Shown in pieces: positions 1 to 9,468 of a DNA stretch of 64,000 bases. Origin of the DNA: Trypanosoma brucei (Eukaryota). The stretch spans positions 2,016,001-2,080,000 of the forward strand of contig CP000071.1 in NCBI GenBank assembly GCA_000002445.1. The letters are read 5' to 3'. Positions within the stretch are counted from its first letter, which is position 1, and each line of letters opens with the position of its first letter. The notes beneath the pieces were generated by a model. The model was not told the origin of the DNA. It saw only the letters and a program-made list of their open reading frames with translations, and did no database searches. The translations under genes and the position numbers were made by a program.

Positions 1-395
1 GCTACAACAGTTCTGAACTGGTCTCCATTCTGTGTTCCAATGATTTTTTCAGTCCTTTAGTAATAATATCGGCCTCTTTTGTATAATTTCCTCATTTCTT
101 CGTATTGTTGGTACTCGTAGTTTTTTGTTAACTTTCATGCGCCGGTCCTATTACTTGTTTTAAATTGGATTGCGGTGTCCATTCCTGATTTATTGCGTTT
201 GTTTGTCCATTAGCCCATTTGGCCCTCTATTTTTGGGAGAGGCGAAGGCACACACCGGCAAAATTCTTTTTTTTTTCCTTTCATCTCTTGCTTGTGTCCC
301 TCTTTGCTGAAGGGGAGAACGTGGGATCAGGTCAGTATTGGTGCCGTGGTGCGCACACACTGATTTATGAATTGTCATAAAGCAAACCTTACACT

Positions 396-959
396 ATGAA
401 CACGCCCTCTGTTCAATGCACACGGGACGAGTTTGACGAAATGGCTGCCACTCTCGTTCGGTCCAACGGACTCTGGCGGCTCCATCGCAAGAAGGACAGT
501 TTTGAAAGAAGTGTTGTGTGGCTGGAGGCTGTGCACATCATGGAACGGATGGGTTCGGTTGGAAATGTGGAGCGTTTGTTGGTGACTTTCTTTGTAAGTT
601 ACAGTGAATGCTACAGCCAACCCCAGCTTCACCTAGCGCCAGAGCATCCTCTGGATGCAGAGAGGTTGTCAACATATGTGGCTGGCGCTTGTTTTCATCC
701 ACGCGAAAGCTGCGGCTGCTATGAAGCGCCCCTCGTCACCTTGGGGTTTTGCGAAGAGTTGGAAATGACGCTTTGGGGCCTCCATCCGTGTGATACCGCG
801 CAGCTAGCACTCATGGCGTCAGAGAACGGGGTAAGAGGTAATTGCCTGGAACTCTTTTTGCTGAGCGTAGCGCCGTTTGTCAGTATGACTGAGGATTTGC
901 TCCCTACACACGCCACAGGCATGGCGAACCACAGCGGTTGTCCATGCGACAGCGGATAG
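396..959 (+). CDS. hypothetical protein (187 aa)
   Basis: ATG-initiated ORF on the strand that carries all the other genes. Amino-acid composition looks protein-like. I recognise no domain. The gene may begin before the window. Confidence 0.3.
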   Translation: MNTPSVQCTRDEFDEMAATLVRSNGLWRLHRKKDSFERSVVWLEAVHIMERMGSVGNVERLLVTFFVSYSECYSQPQLHLAPEHPLDAERLSTYVAGACFHPRESCGCYEAPLVTLGFCEELEMTLWGLHPCDTAQLALMASENGVRGNCLELFLLSVAPFVSMTEDLLPTHATGMANHSGCPCDSG

Positions 960-1080
960 TTTTTTCGAGGCTGTTACCTCCTCGCTAGCGAGCTGCAAGT
1001 GCGGATGGTTACCAGAGAATTACGATGTGCTATGCATGTATGTGTGCGTGTTAGCATCTGGATCCCAATTTCCCCTCACT

Positions 1081-1100
1081 TTTCTCCTCCTTTCTTTAAC
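1081..1100 (+). promoter_or_regulatory. polypyrimidine tract, putative trans-splice acceptor signal upstream of the J-domain gene
   Basis: The run 'tttctcctcctttctttaac' lies about 20 nt upstream of the ATG at 1120. Trypanosomatid SL-addition sites are a poly-Y tract followed by AG. Confidence 0.4.
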
Positions 1101-1119
1101 CACAAAGGAACTCTTGACC

Positions 1120-1728
1120 ATGATGCGCCGTGCCTGTAGGCTCTTGCAATGTGCAGAGCGGGGGCCATTTGACCCCTACCGCATTCTCGGCCTTCAACAT
1201 ACCGCAAGCAAAGATGACATCAAGAAGGCTTACCGTCGCCTCGCGCTTCGCTTTCATCCCGATGGCGGCCCAGAGGGTAACAAAGAACGATTTCAGGCGG
1301 TGCAGGAGGCCTACGAGGCGCTGAAGGACGGGAAGTGGAGCCCACCGGCATCTGCCAAAAGCGCGGAAGGGGGGAATGGAACAGGCGCGTGGGATGCGAA
1401 GGTGGGGATGTACGTGTACGAGCGGCCAGGCTCCACGACAGAAAACTATGTGAATGGTAGGACACAGACATTGTTGCGCATGTGTGTGGTATGGACAACA
1501 GCATTTATATTGGTTCGTTCGTTTCTTCTCTGGGTGTTTCCATATCGTAGAACATCACCAACTGTGGACTGGATTGACGGTGTGCTCGACGGTAAGGAAT
1601 ACGGGGACGTTGGCGCTGTTTCAGCGTTGAACATGCATGGGGGGAGGGTCCCTCCCCAGTCCCACTCCGTCCACGCTGATGGTGATGAAAGAATAGGATC
1701 TTTTTATAGTTATGGTTCGTCGTCTTAG
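1120..1728 (+). CDS. DnaJ/J-domain protein (about 202 aa) with a C-terminal hydrophobic segment
   Basis: J-domain signature 'DPYRILGL...[14 protein letters not shown]' including the HPD tripeptide. The ORF track starts at 1027. I chose the ATG at 1120, which lies just after the poly-Y tract. A likely transmembrane stretch is '[18 protein letters not shown]'. Confidence 0.65.
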   Translation: MMRRACRLLQCAERGPFDPYRILGLQHTASKDDIKKAYRRLALRFHPDGGPEGNKERFQAVQEAYEALKDGKWSPPASAKSAEGGNGTGAWDAKVGMYVYERPGSTTENYVNGRTQTLLRMCVVWTTAFILVRSFLLWVFPYRRTSPTVDWIDGVLDGKEYGDVGAVSALNMHGGRVPPQSHSVHADGDERIGSFYSYGSSS

Positions 1729-2033
1729 CTCCACCCCCTCTACAGCGAAGGCCCAGTGCATTGTAGCCAATAGCAGCTGCTAAGAGAAGAGTTGCTATTA
1801 ACCATCTCATTAGGGGGGCGCTGTAAGTACCGGCACGCATAATTTACCCTCCTTTGCCGCATTATTGCATACTTCTAATGCATTACCGTTGTAACCACAC
1901 TTTTTACTCCCTTTTTTCGTCACTGCGTGGTTGACTACTAAATCTCTTATTGTTTATTTCCCCTTTTGTCAAAACATGAACACATGCACGCGCACCAGCA
2001 TATCGCGTATTTAACAACAGTGACCACGAGCAG

Positions 2034-5000
2034 ATGACGCGGGAGGAAGTCCGCATCGTCACCCCTTCAGTTCTTCGCGTCCAGCACTTTGGCTATATTT
2101 TCAAAAATGGAGTAAAGTGCATTGTGGTGCAGGACCCCAATGCACGCGTGCCAGCCGCAGCGATGAACATACGCGCCGGTCAGCTCAACGACCCGGAGGT
2201 GCTCCCCGGACTGGCGCATTTCTGTGAGCACATGCTGTTCATGGGGACGGAGAAGTACCCAAGTGAAGGTGAATACAGCGACTACATCACAAAGAACGGT
2301 GGCTACTGCAACGCTTGGACAGCAGATCGTGGCACAACGTACTACTTTACCGTGGCACAGGATGCACTCCAAGGAGCACTGGAGCGGTTTGTTGAGTTTT
2401 TCATCGCCCCAAGTTTCGATGCGAGCTCCATATCCCGTGAGGTGAAGGCGGTTCATAGTGAAGATGAGAAAAACCATAGTGTGGATTTCTGGCGTCAGGA
2501 CGAGTTACTCCGCTCTCTTTGTGATCCGCGGCACCCAAGAAGCCGCTATGGCAATGGCAATATGACAACACTTTGGGATGAACCACTGCAAAAACAGGTT
2601 GACATCCGTGAGCAGCTGCTGAAGTTCTTTGAAGCGCATTACGTTTCGGGAGCTGCATGCATAGCGGTATACAGCGCGTTTCCTCCCGAATGGGTGCTAA
2701 GCATTATTGAGGAGCCTCTTTCAAAAATGCGTGTGGGGGAGCCATCACCGTTTCGTTTCATGCAGCCCAGTGACCCGCTTTTGCGCTCGACAGCCTCGGG
2801 AGGATTGTGGTTGAATGTTCGAACGGTGAGGAAGACGCGAAGCATTGCCATGATTTGGCCCGTGAAATCACATTCATCTCTGTGGCGGTCGAGTCCCTCG
2901 GGCTATGTCTCTTATATCTTGGGTCATGAGTGTGACTCCTCCGTGTTTGGTATCCTGCGGCAGCAGGGGCTCGCAGTTGCAATGAGTGTTGGTCCTCGAA
3001 GAATTGATGACGACAATGAGCTCTTTTGCGTTGATATATCACTTACACTTGACGGCGTACGGTGCATTCCGGACGTCATCGACATGGTTTATCAGGGCAT
3101 TGGACAGACCGCCCACGTAGACACTTCAGTGTATGAGCATATGAAATCAGAGGAGTTGCTTTCATTTGAATCGTGTGATATTAGTGGGTATGCGGATCAC
3201 TGCGTTGAGTTGGCCTATTCGGCTAACGAGACCGACCTGCCAAACTGTTGGGTTTCTGGAAATAGAGTACTGGAGGATGATATTCATGCAACCGAGGAAT
3301 ACGTCGCCCAACTAACACCCGAGAAATGTGTTATAACGTTCATGTGGGGAGATATGCCTTGCAGTACGGACGACGACACACCACGTGAGGAGGGCCCGGA
3401 GTCAGCTATAGAGGAGGAGGAGGAAGATGCCGAGGAATCCGAGGAGGAGCAATGTGCCTCAAGTGTGTTTCACACTCTGCCCAATTTCGCGCAGATACCA
3501 TGCAACTGCGCAACGCGCTTCCACAAAACAAAGTTTTCCCTTTGTCGAGTCCCTGATGACCTTCTTCGGCGTTGGGCGGCTAGCCTTCACAAACCGACCC
3601 AAGCTGGTTTGTCGCTTCCACCCCCCAACCCATTCCTCGCTACGGACTTCACGCTTTATAATGAGGGGAGCTCTGACGGTCATTGTGAGCCGGCGGTTGA
3701 AACGTTCAATACTATGTACGGTGTCACACTCATGCGGAAAAATGTATGGCACTACCAAACTTTCAAGTCGTCGATCCATTGGTGCGCGTTGTCACCGTGT
3801 GTGTATGCCACGCCAAAGAACCGTTTCTACGCGCGTGTCATGCGGAGCATATTGAAGGATGCCCTCGCTGAAGTCAGTTATTTTGGTGTACTTGCCTCTC
3901 TGGAAAACAGTGTTGAATTGAGCACTGGGGGGATTTCACTTAGCGTCACGGGACCTCAGCAGAGAATAGTGGATTTTTTTTTCTCACTGTTCGAGAAGTT
4001 CTTTAGCCCAAATGTCCTCCGTGGCACGGCTGAAAAGTACAATACTTACTCGGAGGTAGCACTGCGACACCTGGTCGGCAGCGCTGCTAAACAGCCGTAC
4101 GAGCTGGTGAATGACGCGTTCGTGAAGGTGGGGAAGGTGGTTATGTATACCTTTGATGAAATACTCAATGCAGCCTCATCGATCTCCTACAAGGAATACC
4201 TATCCTTCGTTGATGAGTATCTCAGAAGCGGAATATACTTTGAGTGCTTCATAGCAGGCAACATACCTTCCGCTTCCTACATGCGTGAATGTTTGCTGGA
4301 TACGATGGAAAAGAAACTATCTTGCATGAACGTGCCTCCTGCCCCTAAGGAGTCTATTCCCCGATTTCGTGATGCGTATGCCTTCAGCCGCGACTCCTCC
4401 AAACTTGGCACTCCGGTCGTCAGCGTCATGAGTTATCCCCCTTTCAACCCGGAAAACCCCAACGTGGCAGTGCTGCTTGACATTTATGTTGGTGAGGAAA
4501 CTGCCATGGTGCGGGCGCTTTGTGACTGCATGAATAAGTTACTCTCATCCAGTTTTTTCAATGAACTTCGAACAAAGGAAGCACTTGGCTACATTGTTTT
4601 CTCAAGGTCCCTTCGCTTGCAAGGCACTGCTCACTTGCAATTCGGTGTGCAGAGTGCTGTTGAGGGTGTTGATGGACTGTATCTCTTTTCCCGCATCATC
4701 GCATTCTTAGCTGCTGTCGAGGAAAAGCTTGTCGCGGTATGCAGCGAGACTGATGTGCAGACTGTTGTGAGTGGTCTTATCGAAGCGAGGAAGAAACTAC
4801 CGGATTCAGCCGATCACGACTGCGATGACTTAAGCGGACGCTATCTGAACCCCTTGGGTATTCAGGGGAAGGAGGCAGTAGTAGCTGCACTCGAACAGGT
4901 GAGTCCCCAAATGGTAAGGGAGTTCTTTCAGACATATGTTGCGAACTCCAACCCTCACAGAAAGGCAGTGTTGACTATTGTCAACAGTTCTGCATCCGCA

Positions 5001-5228
5001 GCAACGGATGCGTTTAATACAGACCAGGAGGAGGTGGCGTTGCCGTCACGGCGACCGTGTGAAGGAGCGCAGCCCATCGATGGAGACGATGTAGCTGCCG
5101 CCAACCGGGGCTGCGTGTTGAATCTTCCCGATTTCACAGCGGTACCGATGCGCATCGCCATTAAGAGGTACGGTTCGCCCCAAGAGTTTCAGGCAAACCT
5201 CCCTGTCATTCGTTGCAGGACCTTCTAG
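2034..5228 (+). CDS. M16-family zinc metallopeptidase (insulinase/pitrilysin-like), 1,064 aa
   Basis: Inverted zinc-binding motif HxxEH ('HFCEH') near the N-terminus (nt about 2218-2232). Context matches M16A ('GTEKYP', 'NAWT'). The length is typical of insulin-degrading-enzyme-like proteins. Confidence 0.8.
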   Translation: MTREEVRIVTPSVLRVQHFGYIFKNGVKCIVVQDPNARVPAAAMNIRAGQLNDPEVLPGLAHFCEHMLFMGTEKYPSEGEYSDYITKNGGYCNAWTADRGTTYYFTVAQDALQGALERFVEFFIAPSFDASSISREVKAVHSEDEKNHSVDFWRQDELLRSLCDPRHPRSRYGNGNMTTLWDEPLQKQVDIREQLLKFFEAHYVSGAACIAVYSAFPPEWVLSIIEEPLSKMRVGEPSPFRFMQPSDPLLRSTASGGLWLNVRTVRKTRSIAMIWPVKSHSSLWRSSPSGYVSYILGHECDSSVFGILRQQGLAVAMSVGPRRIDDDNELFCVDISLTLDGVRCIPDVIDMVYQGIGQTAHVDTSVYEHMKSEELLSFESCDISGYADHCVELAYSANETDLPNCWVSGNRVLEDDIHATEEYVAQLTPEKCVITFMWGDMPCSTDDDTPREEGPESAIEEEEEDAEESEEEQCASSVFHTLPNFAQIPCNCATRFHKTKFSLCRVPDDLLRRWAASLHKPTQAGLSLPPPNPFLATDFTLYNEGSSDGHCEPAVETFNTMYGVTLMRKNVWHYQTFKSSIHWCALSPCVYATPKNRFYARVMRSILKDALAEVSYFGVLASLENSVELSTGGISLSVTGPQQRIVDFFFSLFEKFFSPNVLRGTAEKYNTYSEVALRHLVGSAAKQPYELVNDAFVKVGKVVMYTFDEILNAASSISYKEYLSFVDEYLRSGIYFECFIAGNIPSASYMRECLLDTMEKKLSCMNVPPAPKESIPRFRDAYAFSRDSSKLGTPVVSVMSYPPFNPENPNVAVLLDIYVGEETAMVRALCDCMNKLLSSSFFNELRTKEALGYIVFSRSLRLQGTAHLQFGVQSAVEGVDGLYLFSRIIAFLAAVEEKLVAVCSETDVQTVVSGLIEARKKLPDSADHDCDDLSGRYLNPLGIQGKEAVVAALEQVSPQMVREFFQTYVANSNPHRKAVLTIVNSSASAATDAFNTDQEEVALPSRRPCEGAQPIDGDDVAAANRGCVLNLPDFTAVPMRIAIKRYGSPQEFQANLPVIRCRTF

Positions 5229-5606
5229 GTGTATTGAACGTGGTGGGTAGGTTTGTTTGTTGTTTTTTTTGTGACAGCGTTGCGGATACCAAACTTCAGT
5301 GGAAAGGGTGCTTCGTGTAGGCGAATGTTTTTTTTTTCATTTTCGAGAGGGGAGTGGTGTATCCGTGCCCGGTGTATACGGGTCGTCCAGGGAACCGCTT
5401 CATTTATCTAATGATCTAATTCTTCTCGGGATGTGTTGAACATACCACCTTGGCCACTACATCTTCTGTCATTTGTGCATTTGCGTGCCGAGGCGCTGTC
5501 TCAAAGTACTGCGCTTTTGACCATCAGCGGCTCAGTAAGTAGTGTAAGAGAAGGTAAGCATTGTTAGGTTGCACCTCATTATTCTGGTGCGTGATTCTTT
5601 TGCCTC

Positions 5607-6518
5607 ATGTATGTCGATTCCGATGAGGAGGCCGCTGCCGTAAGCACGGTAGTGGAGCAGGTGGCTCCTTATGCCGCCGCCGTTACACCGACCTCTAACG
5701 CCTGGTCCGAGCGAGTAGTCGCAAGGCTGAGATCATTGCAACGCGAGCTTTGCAACTTTAACGTAGCACTCCCTGATGTTGTTAGTTTTCGTGTGGACGG
5801 AAAGGATTTTTGTGTGCGGCGCGAGTTGCTACTGAAGGATCCACAGTCGGTGCTCTTCCTCATGGCCGTGAAGCATTTCCAACAGCACACTGCTGACCGA
5901 GGCGTTGAAAATGCCATCGAGGTTCCGTGTAGGAACCCTATGCTCTTCGGAATGTTGCTGAATTTGCTGCGCGGATATAAAAATCCCATTCCGGAGGCCT
6001 ACCGCGATGCCTGCTATGCAGAGGCACGTTTCTACGGCCTTCTACGCTCCTGGTCCTCACGTTATGCCGTTGTAGTGGAAGGCCCTTTCTGCCCGCTACC
6101 CTGCAGCGGTCGCCTCTTCTCTGATGTTGTGTGCGCCACGGCTGGGTCTTATTGCCGCAGGGGAAAGTACCGCATCACGTTCAATGTGCTTCGATGTGAT
6201 ACGATGGCAGTCGGAGTTATTTCGCGTGACAAAGAGAAAATGTGGGCAGACAGCGTAGACCAGTGGGAGGGGTTTGCACTTTGCTGGAACGACGGTCGAA
6301 CGGTGCATAACTTCGGCGAGGCCGTGATGGAAAGAACGGGTGTCACATACGCGGCTAACGCACGCATTCGAGTCGAGCTGGATTGTGACGAGGGTATTTT
6401 AAGTTGGTGTTTTTTAGAGCGGCAGCAGATGTCTGTAGTACGCTTACCACCGATGAGTTTCGCTTTCGTTGTGGTGTTGGCGCGGTCTTCTGAGGTGCAA
6501 ATAGTGGGAAGCGACTAA
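5607..6518 (+). CDS. BTB/POZ (KCTD T1-like) domain protein, 303 aa
   Basis: The N-terminal region 'VSFRVDGKDFCVRRELLLKDPQSVLFLMAV...IEVPCRNPMLFGMLLNLLRGY...AEARFYGL' fits the BTB/T1 tetramerisation-domain pattern. The rest of the protein is unrecognised. Confidence 0.5.
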   Translation: MYVDSDEEAAAVSTVVEQVAPYAAAVTPTSNAWSERVVARLRSLQRELCNFNVALPDVVSFRVDGKDFCVRRELLLKDPQSVLFLMAVKHFQQHTADRGVENAIEVPCRNPMLFGMLLNLLRGYKNPIPEAYRDACYAEARFYGLLRSWSSRYAVVVEGPFCPLPCSGRLFSDVVCATAGSYCRRGKYRITFNVLRCDTMAVGVISRDKEKMWADSVDQWEGFALCWNDGRTVHNFGEAVMERTGVTYAANARIRVELDCDEGILSWCFLERQQMSVVRLPPMSFAFVVVLARSSEVQIVGSD

Positions 6519-6924
6519 GTGGTGCTACAGCGTCTATTTTTACAACTCTTCTAGCTTCGTCTCTTCTATATAGTGCCGGCGGATATGTGTCTCAGTTCTT
6601 CCCTTCCTTCCTCACAACACCTTTCCCCTTTTTATATTTGCCTCTACACTGTTGCCATATGGCGAGTCTGTGGAGCTTACCGGGTTACTCTTGCTTATCT
6701 ACGAAAAGTGGCATTTAGCTCTTTAACGTAAGTACCGCGCTTCCATGTAGTTGATTAAAGGCACATCGCGCCTAGAGGTGACATTGCTGATTGTCGATGA
6801 AGTATCTGTTCGTTTTTATTCCTCTATTTATTTATTTTCCTCACCACCTTCCACTTTCTTTTTGTGGGTTGTAGAGAAGGTGGACATATCCAATAAAGGA
6901 AGCAGAAGAGTATTCGTGTGAGCG

Positions 6925-7494
6925 ATGCGTAAGTCATTTCTTGGAGCAAGGTTTTCCCCTTTAGTTGTGTGGAACACCTCATATCGCTTTACTTCAAGTA
7001 CTAACCCTGGGCCCAACCAGCCTGTCACTGGCAGTGCCAATCCGACCGCAACAACACCCAAAGCCGTTGGGAAGGATGAAGAAAAAGAGGAATATAGCAT
7101 TCCCACGGCAGAAATACTTGACGCGGTGAGACGGCGGGACTTCAGTGCTGTCCAATCGCACGCCGTTGGTATCGCACAGCACAAGTGGAAGGAAGAGCAT
7201 AACATCCCAGCAGCTTGTGTTGTTTTAACACTGTTCACGTGGTTTTTTGCATCTGGCTCTAGGCGGCGGGCCGAGCGGGCCTGCAGGGCGACAGAGGCAC
7301 GTGTGGAGGAGGAAGCTGAGCAGACGCTGGAGTTGGTAAATACACTCATTCGAAAGTGGAGGCAAAATGTTCAGCGTGCTGAGCAGCAGTTGCAGTTGAT
7401 TCTGGACAAAAATGGCGAGCTGACGAAAGATATTGATCGCATGACAAGCGGCCTGCGCCAGTGTTATGTTGACACGCGAGCAGCAGCGAAATGA
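6925..7494 (+). CDS. hypothetical protein (189 aa) with a basic N-terminus, one hydrophobic segment and a C-terminal coiled coil
   Basis: ATG start at 6925. Hydrophobic segment 'AACVVLTLFTWFFASG'. Heptad-like C-terminus 'EEEAEQTLELVNTLIRKWRQNVQRAEQQLQLILDK'. No recognisable family. Confidence 0.4.
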   Translation: MRKSFLGARFSPLVVWNTSYRFTSSTNPGPNQPVTGSANPTATTPKAVGKDEEKEEYSIPTAEILDAVRRRDFSAVQSHAVGIAQHKWKEEHNIPAACVVLTLFTWFFASGSRRRAERACRATEARVEEEAEQTLELVNTLIRKWRQNVQRAEQQLQLILDKNGELTKDIDRMTSGLRQCYVDTRAAAK

Positions 7495-7843
7495 CAGAAA
7501 AATAGATGAAGAGAGGGGGGACACTACGGCTGCTTCCCCCTGAGTTGCTCGTTATATATATATATAGTTCTCCAGTACGTAGTAGGGGGGCACTAGCGAT
7601 GTATGTAGGTCACCATTTTTTGTTTGTTTGTTTAAATCCCCCTAGCTACTTTTTGTGAATGTGTCCTCCTCATGGCATCTGGGCAAACACATAAAAGGTG
7701 CTCTGTCTGCACTTCCCACTCGTGACGCCGTGTCGTCCGGCACTTATGTGTGGTCTAGTGACGACATTGCTTTCTGCTCTCCGGACTCTTTGTCTCTTGC
7801 CGGCGGGAGGCACACCCCTCATCCGTGTCAGCCAGCGTAAAAG

Positions 7844-9208
7844 ATGCCCATTTCGCAAGTGTTCATCCTTTCTCCTCGTGGTGAGAGAATTGTCTTTAAG
7901 GACTACAAACGAGATGCCCCTTCCAACACCGATGAGACTTTCTTTCGCACTTACAAATTCTGGGATGGAACCCACAGGAGGCTCATTCGGCACTCAGCGC
8001 CTGAGGGCGACTGCCCTCCATTCTTCACGGAAAAGGGTGTACACTTTTGCTTCGTCAAGCGTAACGAACTTCTTTTTGTTTGCACATCGCTGACAAACAC
8101 GTCGCCGAGTCTGACGCTGGACATGCTCCTTCGCATTTTGGAGGTCATCAGGGACTACTTGGGTTCCATCTCAGAAAAAGCAGTGCGACAAAACTTCACG
8201 TTAGTGTACGAGTTGTTGGATGAAGTGCTTGACCTCGGCATACCTCAGGAACTGAGCACGAAACGGCTGCGGCCGTATATTTTTAACGACATCGTTCCTG
8301 TAATGCGGGATAACTTCATATCCATGGATTACCTTGTCGATAGCTTAGGCATCGGGGATATTTTGGAACAGACACGGTGCAGTGATGCAACAGAAACGTC
8401 CGTTATGAAGGCATCTGCGGAGCAGAGAAACGAGATTTATGTGGATTTAATTGAGCGCCTTCATGCCGTATTTGACGCTGCTGGACAGGTGGTGGTGGTA
8501 GGTGTTGATGGCTCAATCGTCATGAAAAGTTTTCTTGTGGGTACCCCAGTTCTTAACCTGTTCTTGAGCGGTGGATTTGGCGTTAGGGGGTATGAGCTTT
8601 CTTCTTCCTTACTTGATTACGTCAACTTCCACGACGAGGCTGACTACAACAAATTCGAGTCTGAGCGACTGCTCTCAATCCACCCACCGGAGGGAGAGTT
8701 CACGCTCATGAGTTATCACTGTAGTATTTCAGCGACCACGATGCCGCTCCATCTCGCACATTCGCTGGTCGAGTTGTCAGAGCATCAGTTAGAACTGGAA
8801 TTGCGCGTGCGGGCGGCTATTCCCGCCGGCCGTTACGCCATAAACGTCACCGTCACTGTTCCTACACCACCGTTCTGTACCGCTGCGGCAGCGGAGCTTA
8901 AGGCGGACGTCTCAGGACAAGCATTTGAGCACAGGAAAGAAGAGTGTTGTGCCGTGTGGAGCATTGAGAAGCTCTTGGGGACGGCCGAAGAGGTCTGCAG
9001 CATTCGTCTCAGTACGGGTACAGCGGTGAAACCGGATGTTCACCGCAAATTAGGCCCCATCTCGGTGGAGTTTGAGGTCCCGCAGTACAGTCTGACAGGT
9101 CTCAGCGTCAAGGCACTGGATATCACAGAGCGTAGCGATGCTTACAACCCGTCACGTTGGATTAGAAACATTGTGTTAGCTGATTCCTACGTATTCCGAA
9201 CACATTGA
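7844..9208 (+). CDS. adaptor protein complex AP-4 mu subunit (454 aa)
   Basis: Strong resemblance to AP-4 mu4 along the whole length. N-terminus 'ISQVFILSPRGERIVFKDYKRD' versus the mu4 consensus '[22 protein letters not shown]'. 'FTLVYELLDEVLDLGIPQ' and 'NEIYVDLIERLHAV' match the longin and mu-homology regions. 'RLLSIHPPEGEFTLMSYHCS' and the C-terminus 'DSYVFR' also match. Confidence 0.8.
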   Translation: MPISQVFILSPRGERIVFKDYKRDAPSNTDETFFRTYKFWDGTHRRLIRHSAPEGDCPPFFTEKGVHFCFVKRNELLFVCTSLTNTSPSLTLDMLLRILEVIRDYLGSISEKAVRQNFTLVYELLDEVLDLGIPQELSTKRLRPYIFNDIVPVMRDNFISMDYLVDSLGIGDILEQTRCSDATETSVMKASAEQRNEIYVDLIERLHAVFDAAGQVVVVGVDGSIVMKSFLVGTPVLNLFLSGGFGVRGYELSSSLLDYVNFHDEADYNKFESERLLSIHPPEGEFTLMSYHCSISATTMPLHLAHSLVELSEHQLELELRVRAAIPAGRYAINVTVTVPTPPFCTAAAAELKADVSGQAFEHRKEECCAVWSIEKLLGTAEEVCSIRLSTGTAVKPDVHRKLGPISVEFEVPQYSLTGLSVKALDITERSDAYNPSRWIRNIVLADSYVFRTH

Positions 9209-9468
9209 AGTGTTTTGTCACTTTTATGGAGTTCTGCACGTCGCAGTGAACGCCGCGATTGGCGGCAAGCTTGTTGAGATTGCTGCTGTCACCACTGTTT
9301 CCTGTGGTTTTCGAGCTTTTATCGTCTCATACTGCTTTATTTGAAATGTATATACGCATATTAGTGTCACCGTCTTATGGCATCCTTTGCTTCCCATTTT
9401 AGTTGTTTCCTCCCCCCTCGTCCAATAAACGAAATAGGTCTCCAACTCAGTTGTCTGGATCGAATACG

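Noticed and set aside
1-60. Short in-frame + strand ORF ending with TAG at 58-60, possibly the C-terminus of an upstream gene
   Set aside because: Only 19 codons are visible, so there is no way to support or classify it.
2067-3042. Minus-strand ORFs (136, 85, 70 and 94 aa) nested inside the M16 peptidase gene, and similar nested antisense ORFs inside ACC, the Vps-like gene and the TLK gene
   Set aside because: They lie inside well-supported + strand genes, are short, and fit the background expectation for GC-rich coding antisense. There is no independent support.
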